Below, one piece after another: positions 1 through 9,906 of a stretch of 64,000 nt of DNA. The notes beneath the pieces were generated by a model. It was given only the letters and a program-made list of their open reading frames with translations, was not told where the DNA came from and ran no database searches. The translations under genes and the position numbers were made by a program. Positions within the stretch are counted from its first letter, which is position 1, and the number at the start of each line of letters is the position of its first letter. Origin of the DNA: Neoechinorhynchus agilis (lineage: Eukaryota; Animalia; Acanthocephala); assembly GCA_051530055.1 (NCBI GenBank), contig CM121343.1:6914389-6978388 (forward strand). The letters are read 5' to 3'.

Positions 1-416
1 TTTTTACTTATTCGGAAATTGGAAGGTAGGAATTAGGCAACATCCCAACAGTTTACGCTTCAAAATTATGTAATATCCGAGCTCTGCGGAGAACGTTGTT
101 TTAGAAGCTGAATGTTGCCGGAAAAAGTAAATTTGAAAAGAAAGCCTCGTTTAAGAAGTCACAACTGAAATCTAAAATTGTCGCGGACAAAAATAATGGC
201 AGTTTTTGAGAAAATTAGATCATGACAATTATGCGCAATTGAAATTTTTTTTAAACATCACACAGGAATTGAAAGCAAAATAAAATGAACACCCGATGGA
301 TTTTTAATCGATCTTCGGTAAAATTGGAAAAGAAACAAATCGAAAATGGCCTTTAATTTTCGTACCCGACATTCACGAGTTGCCAACTAAGTTTTATTAA
401 GTCTAAAATTCTAAGA

Positions 417-1196
417 TCAACAACGGCAAGCGTTGCACTTATTGCAAACGTTTTGAGCTGCGTTCTTGTAACAAGAACGTAAGGGAGCCGAAATTGGTTT
501 ACGAATAACGTTCCCCTGTTTTTGGATGCTTGAACAGGTTTTGGAACTTCTTTCCTGACAAATCGGTTTTCGTACAGTGTCCTGGCGACTTTCCTGGATT
601 GAACTTTGCGCGATCTCCGATTTTGGTTGGATAAATGTTATTCGAATCGCTGGAATCGCAACGGCATGCGCTGAGGACGAGCTTTTCACCGATGGATCAC
701 AAACTGACTCCGGTTCGCGAGCTTCCTGCGGTTCATAGAATTGTGCTGGCTCACAAACTGACTCCGGTTCATAGAATTGTTCTGGTTCGCAAACTGATTC
801 CGGTTCATAGAATTGTGCCGGCTCGCAAATTGACTCCGGTTCATAGAATTGCTCCGGTTCGCAGACTTCCTTCGGTTCACAAACTGACTTCGGACTGAAC
901 GCTGAAGTCCTTTGAGAACAACTTTGACAAACTGGCTCCGATTCGTCGAATTGTGCTGGTTCACAGATTGGTGCTTTTTGCGCTTTCATTCTCTGGGCAG
1001 GTTCCGGTTTACAAACTGCAAGTTCGGGACTGTTTGGTGTTCGTTGGACCACAACTTTGAATGTTTTAACGATATTTTTAGCTGGTTCGGCAGCGCAGAT
1101 TGGTTCTTGTCTACATTCTGCTGGAGAACAGCAGTCTCCGTAGCAGGATGCAATGGCGATTAAAGCGGAAGCAAAAAAGAGAGCGCTGAAGTTCAT
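417..1196 (-). CDS. Secreted Cys/Glu/Pro-rich repeat protein (259 aa), copy 1
   Basis: Single ORF with hydrophobic N-terminal signal-like peptide (MNFSALFFASALIAIASCYG), 12-aa CEPEQFYEPESV-type repeats and C-terminal CNKCNACRC. TATAAAA lies 57 nt upstream (1253-1259) and AATAAA ~20 nt past the stop (393-398). Confidence 0.8.
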   Translation of the reverse strand: MNFSALFFASALIAIASCYGDCCSPAECRQEPICAAEPAKNIVKTFKVVVQRTPNSPELAVCKPEPAQRMKAQKAPICEPAQFDESEPVCQSCSQRTSAFSPKSVCEPKEVCEPEQFYEPESICEPAQFYEPESVCEPEQFYEPESVCEPAQFYEPQEAREPESVCDPSVKSSSSAHAVAIPAIRITFIQPKSEIAQSSIQESRQDTVRKPICQERSSKTCSSIQKQGNVIRKPISAPLRSCYKNAAQNVCNKCNACRC

Positions 1197-1252
1197 TTGA
1201 GTTCACGAGTTTGCTATTGATGATCAATGATCAATCGACTCGATCTGCCCCC

Positions 1253-1259
1253 TTTTATA
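1253..1259 (-). promoter_or_regulatory. TATA box of the Cys/Glu/Pro-repeat gene (duplicated at 21591-21597)
   Basis: GTATAAAAGG on minus strand 57 nt upstream of the ATG at 1196. Confidence 0.5.
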
Positions 1260-1855
1260 CCCAAGGAGTTTTGTAAACATGTCGCGAAAACGTTGTTCAT
1301 AAGTTTCAATTTAACTTAGCGATAATCACTCAGAAAATTGATTTATATTGAAAATTTTCGGCCTTTTCGTTGGCCTTCTTCAGTCAGATCTACAACTAAA
1401 AGGAACGTTATCAATTAGTTTATCCGGTGGGACTCGTAGATTGAGTTTGTAGTCAGCTTTGTTGCCAACAAAAGTATCTGTTTGCTGGATCATGATGGCT
1501 TCCATGGTCACTCTGTCGCGTCTTACGTGCTAGAATTTATCTCGTAAACGTCGCCTAGTTTCTGTACTTTAAGTTTATTTCCGGTGCATTTTATTTAACT
1601 TCGATTTATGGCTTTATACAATCGTTGATTTTTCAGGTCTTTGCGATATGATTTGTTCAGTTTTTCAACTTTTTCAAATTCATCTTTGTTTCAAAATCTT
1701 TATGATAAGTAGAAGATAAAACAAAATAAGTTAAAATGCTTAAGAATTGCTGACTTTGTAGGATTCTTAAAAAAAGTCGAGACATTTAATAATTATAATT
1801 TTTCTCAGATTTAAATGCATCCTTTTTCAATCAACTTCATGTAAAAATTATTTTT

Positions 1856-3791
1856 TTGGTATTATCAAACGTTCAATGCGTTGTTCGCATAGTCGTCCAT
1901 TCAATCACTGTTCACAAATTAAATGTTTTCAAAAATGGATTTTTTAAAACTTTGAACGATACCATTGACCAGGTACGCCGAGAAATGATTATTTTGTCTC
2001 AGTATTGCAATGATTTACGATCCAAAAATGGAAGGATGGCTAAAGACGTCTTTACTTATAAAGCTGTTTCGTCCACAAGCGCTGGTTATTAGGCGAGCAA
2101 CTACGAGCAATCTTCTTGAACTTTGTGAAGATATAAAGTCCAATTTGCCGAATGAAATGATGGATCAAGTAGAAAAAGAAGTTGATTTGTGTAAACGTGT
2201 CCTCGATACAGACTTAATCCATTCAAGACGAGACAATTTAATTGCAATGCAACAATAATCCGTCGGCACCAAATAATGGTCAGCTAACCTCCAGCTATCA
2301 AGGATCTTCAAATATTCCATCAACAATCCGCACTGATCAACGTGCAAAGTTTCCTTCGAATGAATATTTTGTGAATCAAATGCGACCTCAGCGTCCTCGA
2401 GGACGTCAACTGGGTACCAAAAAAGTGTGAAAGTGCACCGAATATTGAAGAACCAAATCTTATTTTGTACCGAGCCAACGGTTTTTCAGTTACGTCGATC
2501 AATTGAGACAAGTTCGGGAGGAAGGAAAAAGTGTAGAAGCGGATAATAAAGAAGATGGCGGATTAGCTTTGGATTACTCTGTCAATTGCCGACTGCCTGC
2601 ATCCACAAAAAGATCAAACTTGTGATGTTAAGAAACTCGTTAAGAAACTCGTTAAGAAACTCGTTAAGATAATCAATCTCAATCATGAGAGATGCGTGAA
2701 TTCCGTTGCTTTCTCACCAGCTCTAAACGGTAGGTTCGCTGAATGTACTTTTTTCTTTACAAAAAAATTAACCGAATAGTTTATTGTATTTTTATCATTT
2801 TTAAACCCATTTCTCCGCTATTGCTAATGTTTCTTCGGGTAGAATGTGATATTTTTTCGTAAAATATTTTTCATTTTTAAAAATGGATACCGGTGCACAA
2901 ATACCAATGTGTCATTTATAATTGTTTTTAAACGCTTTGGTAAATTTTAGTTGCTGTTTTTGTTGTCCAATTGCGTTCGGTAAATCTGTCTACCGACTAC
3001 GCCTATTCACTGGGTCGACCTTCATTGAAACTTTGGTCATTGTCGTCAATTTTAAGCGATCAAAATCCGACACTAAGAACTATGGAATGCGTTGCCACTA
3101 TTGATTGTCTGGGTGAAAACGTCCTAATAAAAGCGGCTAAGATGTTTAATTGTTCTTCGGCGATGTTAATCGGTGGATGCGATTCTAAAATTGCGCAAGT
3201 TGAAATAAAGGGCCCTTCGACTCGAACCATTGGATTTTATACAACCAACTCACCAGCATGCGCTTCACTTGCTGTTTCCATTAATTCACGTCGAGGATTC
3301 TCATTGTATGAAGGTGGTAAACTCGAAGTATGGAATATACCAGAGCAAAAGACACTTTATGAGATCTCAGTTCACCAGAACGGAGCCACTTGTGTGGATA
3401 CTTCAATAAACAACTACAGTGTCTTTACTGGCGGCCTGGATCAACTCGCTCTTGAATGGGACGAACGCCGTTTCGATCGACCTGTAAAAGATTATTCATT
3501 TAACAGCGATGCCCTCGGCGTCCAGATCGGACCAAAGAATGATCACTTTGTTGCCTGCTTAGCCGATGGAACCGTAGATGTTGTATCGATCGCCATCGAG
3601 GGAAAACGTCACGAAATTGGACGGCATGAAGTGGGTCAGATGGAGCAGTAAAAGGTTGGAAGACTAAAGGATTATGCCAGATTTTCCAACTCGATTTGCC
3701 AAGAGCTGCTTTGTCTTGTGAAATTAGCAAAGACGGCAAATATTTAATTGTAGGTACTGTGGATCGAATGGCTGTGATTCGTAAAGTCTAA
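1856..3791 (+). CDS. Divergent Groucho/TLE-family corepressor (Q domain + WD40), multi-exon, with apparent frameshifting deletion in a late WD blade
   Basis: Matches to TLE motifs: NLLELCEDIKSNLPNEMMDQVEKEVDLCKRV (Q domain), INLNHERCVNSVAFS, SPACASLAVS (TLE APACYALAIS), HQNGATCVDTS (HTDGASCIDIS), FTGGLDQ (WTGGLDN), and last segment AALSCEISKDGKYLIVGTVDRMAVIRKV* ([27 protein letters not shown]). Start codon not determined. Confidence 0.75.
2627..2668 (+). repeat. 12-bp microrepeat (GTTAAGAAACTC x3.5) encoding VKKL x3 inside the Groucho-like exon
   Basis: Direct reading of the sequence. Confidence 0.9.
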
Positions 3792-3889
3792 CATTGATTT
3801 TGGCCCACTTTAATTGCCTATTAAATTTTTAATGTCTCAGCTAAATTTAAAACGTATCAAATTGTGCCATCTGCGATTCGATAGAAGTT

Positions 3890-6120
3890 ATTTTATAGGT
3901 CCTTCAGCTTAAAGCAACAACTCAGATTCGTAGAAGGTTCAATAGGTAAACTTAATTTGAACGAAGAGAAACCGACGACACCGATGCCGTCCTCTCGCTT
4001 CGCTTCGAAACTGGATGCTAGACAACAATATGAAGACGACCATAGGAAACTCCTGAATATATCGACTCCATGGGGATTGTTCCGGTACCGGAGGATGTCG
4101 TTCGGGCTAAGTTGCGCTCCGCAGATATTCCAGAAATTTATAGACAATTTATTGATAGATATCCCAAGTACCGGAGCTTATCTCGACGATATAATTATCT
4201 CCGGAGAGAATGACGCAGAACATCTCCAAAATTTAAAGGCAGTGCTCGAGAGACTTGAGGAGGCAGGGATAGGCATCAAGAGAGATAAATGTAGATTTAT
4301 GGAAGCACAGGTGCGATATTTGGGGCACAGCTTAGAAGACGGGAAAATAAAACCGCAGGGAGAAGAGGTGACTGCGATAACGTCGGCGCGATACCCACGA
4401 AATAAAAAAGAGCTTAAGTCGTTCATGGGTATGGTCAACTATCTAGAACGCTTCATTCCCGAATCGCAATTCCACTGCAGGGGGATTGCATGAGTTACTG
4501 AAACAAGGAGTTCCATGGAAATGGGGAAAGGATGAGAAGGACATCTTCGATGGAGTAAAGCGAGCGGTCCAAAATCACAAGGTATTAGTACCTTTCGATA
4601 TCAAAAGAATGACTGTGCTGACATACGACGCAAGCGAAGAAGGAATTGGTGCGGGATTGTTCCATAAGAAGGAAGATGGAAGCAAAGAACCGATCATGTT
4701 TGTATCCCGGACACTTACCTCAGCGGAAAAGAAATACGCGACTATAGAAAAGGAAGCTTTAGCAATCGTCAGCTCAATCAAGAGGTTCCACCAATTCCTA
4801 TATGGACATCGATTCATCTTAGAGACCGATCACAAACCCCTGAAGCATATTTTTGGAATGCGGAGAGATTTGTCCAAGATGACGAATAATCGACTGGTAC
4901 GCTTGGGCCTGTTCTTGGATCAATACGACTTTGAGATCGAATATGTTCAAGGAGTCGAGAACAAACGTGCTGATTTTTTGTCGAGATTTCCGGTAGACCC
5001 TCCAAAGCAGAAATACTCATAGGAGGAGACAATAACGCTACGAATGGTGCAAGAGAAGGTGGAGGCTTGCGGTTTAACGAAGTCAAGATTGAAAGCGGAA
5101 TCGATTAAAGATCGTCAACTGGTAAGGATTGGACGATATTTGCAGCTCGGATGGCCGAAAACGATACTCGATAAGGTCAGGCAGTTCGCTGCCCGAGCAG
5201 GTGAGTTATCCTGCGAAAACGGCATTGTCATGCATTTACAAAGAATTGTCATCCCATTTTCTCTGAGAAAGGAAGTGTTAGATATGTTACATCGTGGTCA
5301 TCCACGAATTGAAGGCACAAAAGCTCTATGCCGATATTACGCATGGTGGCCCGGTATAGAGGATGACATACGGCGGAAGGTAGAAGGTTGCGAACGGTGC
5401 CAAATAGCCCGACCAAATATTCAACAACTGCCGCTTATACCTTGGGACGATCCGGCGGAAGTGTGGGAGCGCGTGCACATCGATTTGGCGGGACCGACAA
5501 ACTCCAAGATGTATTTGGCGATCGTAGATGCAAGGAGTAAGTGGCCCGAGGTTTGGTTCTTCAATACATGCAAAATAACATCCGAAATGGTGATCGATCG
5601 GATGAGGGAAACATTTGCTCGATTCGGGACTCCAAAGAAAATTGTGAGCGATAACGGGTCTCAATTTATGTCACAACACTTCAAGGCGTTTTGCGAAGAA
5701 AATGGGATCGAGACCATAAAGGCGAGTCCCTACCACCCACAAACGAATGGTTTGGTAGAACGATTTATAGGAACCCTTAAACGACGCGGAATGGCAGGGG
5801 AAGGAATGGATACTCGAAGGGCACTTACGGAATTTCTACAAACATACCGAAACACGCATCATGCAATCACAGGGAAAGCTCCAGCAGAAATGATGTTAGG
5901 GAGGAGGATGAATACAGTGTTCGACAATATCAGACCAAATACAGAGGAAACAGTGCGAAACAGGACAGCGCGAAGACATAGGCAGAGACCGGATGGGCGT
6001 TATCGCGAGTTTGGGAAGGCAATGAAGTGTGGTGGAAAAAGGAAGAGCTGGGGAATGGCAAATGGGAGTCGTGGAGCAACGATCAGGACCGGTGTCCTAC
6101 CGAATCGTGGATAAAAAAGG
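3890..6120 (+). mobile_element. Ty3/gypsy LTR-retrotransposon pol remnant (RT-RNaseH-integrase), 5'-truncated and frameshifted
   Basis: RT FGLSCAPQIFQ...YLDDIII; RNase H YDASEEGIGA, YATIEKEALAI, ETDHKPL; integrase HHCC (HRGHP..CERCQ) and VHIDLAGP / SDNGSQF / SPYHPQTNGLVERF. Order RT-RH-IN. Frame break near 4490 and stop at ~5020. No LTR pair seen. Confidence 0.92.
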
Positions 6121-6319
6121 AACGCAAAATAGGGCGCACGGGGATTTCGTGAGGCAAAGAAGGCTACGAAGAATGTGAACAAGAAAAGTATAAAGTAAGC
6201 ATAAAGGTTGAAGAGGAATAACTTCAAAGGAAGGTTGAGTTCCATGCAGAAGGTGGAGGTGAAGTCAGGAAATCAGGGCAGGCCGAGGCGCAACCGAAGT
6301 TAAAGAAGGACGAAGACCG

Positions 6320-7250
6320 AGATCGGGAATGGTTGTCCGGATTGTCCACAGAAGAGCGCTTAGACGAATCTTGACAAGAATCTGGATATCAAGAAACACC
6401 GGGGACACATCGTGCCCAGGGAAGTCAGTGGAAACAAATGGCCGACAAGATTCCATTTACCCTCGAAGCATCGTGGTCTACGAGATCATCAGTGAACGAT
6501 GTTTGGCCGATGACAATCGAGGGGGTCATCAATATCGGCAAAACTGAACGGCCTATGAATCCATGTTCGTAACAAACTGAATCCGGACGCAAAATCACGG
6601 CTAAATCATTGGCAAAAAGCACAACACAAAGTGCCACAGCGACGGAGCAACTCTCGAAGCAAGCTAGGCTTGTGGCCAATGAATCCATGGAATTATTGCT
6701 GAGGCACTACTTATATTCCGGATGGTTGAAGAGGGAATGTGTTTCCGCCGACAATGCGAGAAAGAGCTTTGTACACCAGTTTGACAAAGCCCAAGAAATT
6801 CATTAGAATATCCAACCTTGACCACCCAAGGATAGTTCTATCTTAAAACTTCTTCAAAGGAAAGCATTTAAGGTCCATCGCAATAAATCTCTAGACTTTC
6901 CCCGTTTACAAACAGCACTAAGTAACAAGATACTTGATGCCCGCAAAAATTTCCTTTCCTCCGAAATTCGTTTAGGTGGCGAGCCGCTGAGGACATTCTC
7001 AGTCCATGCAATCGTGATCCCTTCCCAAACTTGTCCTCTTCTGAACTGGAACATTTCCTATACTCTACTAATCAGAATCTCTGCCCTGACTAAAATTATC
7101 AGAGAAGTCCTCTAACATCTCAAGAAATTACCTCTTAACAAACTGAGTTTTTTATTTGCTAACGATTTCATGGAAGATCTCAATCGCAAACATAATTGAA
7201 TCAAGAAACATGTCTAGCATCGTGCCCAGGGAAGTCAGTGGACACAAATG
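6320..7250 (+). repeat. Decayed dispersed repeat, probably LINE-derived (copies at 22480-23410; first ~70 bp also at 14949-15018)
   Basis: Near-identical copy at offset 16160. Segment AATCAGAATCTCTGCCCTGACT resembles 48242-48263 inside the L2/CR1 element. Confidence 0.4.
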
Positions 7251-7277
7251 GCACACAATCGTCTACTACTAACAAAC

Positions 7278-7315
7278 AAACTGATGATGAACACGACGAG
7301 GTTCGAAACGTCTTT
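7278..7315 (+). ncRNA. Minimal type I hammerhead-ribozyme motif of Penelope-like-element style
   Basis: AAA-CTGATGA-T-GAAC-acgacgag-GTTC-GAAA-CG-TC-TTT: core 7281-7287, stem II 7289-7292/7301-7304, GAAA 7305-7308, palindromic ACGT stem III, predicted cut after 7312. Stem I is weak (3 bp). Confidence 0.6.
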
Positions 7316-8457
7316 AATAAATAATCATTTACCGCGGGTGTAGACTTCTAAACAATAATTCCAATCACATTTCCGGGTACCTCACATATCGACAATTACA
7401 AAAAAATTAAATAATAAAACGAGTTATTCTTCTTCTATCATTTAAAATCAATCTTATAGCTTTCCATACGATTCCGTTAAATCTCTCCCCTTGTCCCTTG
7501 CCGAATGGATGCTATTGGTCCGAATGGCTACAAACTGTTCCCTGATGAAAGTAAGGAAGGAGCGTTGTATTAGTGGCTAAGTCAGGAGCTCTAAAAATTG
7601 AATTTGCTCAACATGGACACTGGATCGCACTTGCTGACGAAGTGTCTTTAAATACAAAAGCGAACGGGTATCCACAGTATTCGTCAAGGAGGGAGGCTGC
7701 GATTGCTGAAATAAAATTTACCTTCTCTCAATGTAGTCAATTTAATCATTAATCTTCAATTCTGTGAGTTAGCGAAACAGTGACTTACGGTTTTTTTTGA
7801 ATTTCCTATCATTCTGTTTGGAATTCTCTGGATTTTGTGCTTTCGCAGTGCCAAGCGTCGTTCTCTCTTTAATTACGAATTTTAATCTAAAACGATGAAA
7901 TGAGTGCGTTAACGTATTTTAAACTCTTATTGAAAGAAGAGAACAACTCAATAAATGGATAAACCTTTAAAGCTCCGTTCACGTGCCTCAAAGATTAGAG
8001 TAAGAGGTGAGTTTTGCTAACTTACTGATTTCAATTTCAAGAAATGCCGAGAAGATACTCGTCGCATTGAAGAAATCACTGTTACTTTTATTTTAGATCC
8101 GCATTAAATAGATAATATAAATTAAATCGAGGCTCTCTCCGAAGATTGATTGCGCTACATAAAAATCGTTAAAAGTTTATTGTCGCCAGTAATTCGAGAA
8201 TATCTCTAAAGAATACATATTTGCGTCCTCCGAGGCAATTGATTCCTCCAGCATCTTAAAAATAAGAAGGACATTTCACGTTTCATTTTAAATATTTCCT
8301 TTTAATTCTTTTCAAGTAAGTAAAAATATTCAAGTGAAAAGCCAGCATTCAACTTTTTTAAATTCTGTGAATATTTTAATTGATTAAAAAATCATTCATG
8401 TCTTTTGTGAGGCGAGTGTAAAAAGATGAAATTTATTTTTACCAAAATGACAATTTC

Positions 8458-8787
8458 TCACTTCGACAAAATCATTCTCCTCTTTTTCAAAGCGAATACA
8501 GCAATCCGAGCATGATTTGATTGTAGACCAAATTTTTCAATCAATAAATTAATTTTTTGTGTCGTCGAATGATTTTTTAGCATCTCTTCTAAAGCAACGA
8601 TCGAATCTATTCCGCTTTCTTCGAATTTATGAAGACTTCGTTTTCCTACTCCTGGAACACAAAGCAGATCCTTGTGATCGAATTCGCGATTAAGAAAGCA
8701 ATCGATCTTTGCCGAAAAAAAGAATTGATCCATGTTTGGATCCACCTCCTTACAGCATTTTTCGGATCTCGTTTCGTTTTCGGTCAT
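8458..8787 (-). CDS. Divergent barrier-to-autointegration-factor (BAF)-like helix-hairpin-helix protein, copy 1
   Basis: KIDCFLNREFDHKDLLCVPGVGKRSLHKFEESGIDS aligns nearly gap-free with BAF [36 protein letters not shown]. C-terminal FGLQSNHARIAVFALK parallels CGANAKQSRDCFGCLR. ATG taken at 8787 (MTENE); the ORF track extends to 8880. Confidence 0.6.
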   Translation of the reverse strand: MTENETRSEKCCKEVDPNMDQFFFSAKIDCFLNREFDHKDLLCVPGVGKRSLHKFEESGIDSIVALEEMLKNHSTTQKINLLIEKFGLQSNHARIAVFALKKRRMILSK

Positions 8788-9149
8788 CGGTGAATTCGAT
8801 TTTGTCAATGATGAGCCATTAAGTGTGCATAATGTTGCTATGGCAACGCAACCGAGATGCTGGCAGTACGCGAACCCCAAATTTTTCTTGAACTAGCAAT
8901 GTTTTCGCAATCTACCGTTGCAACGGTTTGTGGCAGACTGTAAACCCTTTCAAGGACCTCTGCTTCTTCACATCCATCATAAACAACCAAATAAAGAAAT
9001 CAACGAAGTGTCCCATAATCTATATACGGAGATTCCGACTAAAAGGTGGCCGCAAACGATTGTTATTCAATCTAATCTCATGCTTCCGAGACCGATCCTT
9101 TATCAACGCTACTTGGCCCATTGGCTAAAAACGACTAAAAACGACATCC

Positions 9150-9469
9150 CTAAGGGAGAAGGACATCGTGGAAACTCGGTTCGGATTCGGTAGCTTTGAG
9201 AAATCCCCTAAAAACGTGAGCTTTGCGTAGGACCTCTCCAAACGAATTGTCGAAGGGGGACACCCGGTCTTGATGAGGGTAACGAGGGACGTACCAGTCT
9301 CTGGAATGCGAAAAGGCGTGTCCAAGATATTTCGGTATTTGCCTCGAGACTGTCGCTCAGCTGAAGCGCCCTTCGGGATCCGCTTGAGGATGTTTCTGAG
9401 CAAAACGCGCACGATCTCCAGCGACGACCTGCCAACCTCTGTAGGGACGACGGGGATAGACCTGATGGG
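9150..9469 (-). mobile_element. Inverted fragment of CRE-clade non-LTR element (N-terminal ORF region)
   Basis: Minus-strand VRVLLRNILKRIPKGAS matches plus-strand VRVLPRNVLKRITKGAR at ~10360-10410 of the long CRE copy. Confidence 0.65.
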
Positions 9470-9800
9470 GTGACCGCATTTCCGTGGCGGGAGAGCAAAT
9501 GCCTCTTCTGGGACGCCACTTGTGTCGATACACTCGCGGCCAGCAATCTCAAGTTCTCGGTGGTTCAAGCTGGAGGTGCAGCGAGCGCTGTGGAAGGACG
9601 GAAAACGGCGAAATACCTCGATTTAGCCCGGGACCATGTATTTGTGCCTTTTGGGGTTGAGACCTACGGATCTCTTGGCAGTGAGGCTCTTCAACTCCTG
9701 AGGGATCTGAAGCGACGCCTTCAGGTAAAAACCGGTGCAAAATATCAGCATCGCCGCGTGGAGAGGCAGCACGGCAAGCATTCGGGCCACAATTGAGGAC
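9455..9800 (+). mobile_element. CRE-clade non-LTR retrotransposon 3' fragment (restriction-like endonuclease)
   Basis: PDGVTAFPWRESKCLFWDATCVDTLAAS...FVPFGVETYGSLG. Confidence 0.85.
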
Positions 9801-9906
9801 GAGGACGGCGAATAATGATGTTTATATCTTAAAAATAAAAAAGATTATGCCTCATTCTGGAGTAAAGTCTTGTGGACGAGGGGTCTACGTCGTAATAAAA
9901 TTCTTT

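Noticed and set aside
635-1163. Overlapping ORFs (635-898, 686-964, 912-1163 and duplicates at 20973-21501)
   Set aside because: Shadow frames of the repetitive Cys/Glu/Pro gene.
6120-6320. 3' LTR of the gypsy element
   Set aside because: No TG...CA-bounded direct repeat partner in the window; purine-rich sequence only.
7542-7548. CTGATGA as a hammerhead core
   Set aside because: No stem II or GAAA partner downstream.
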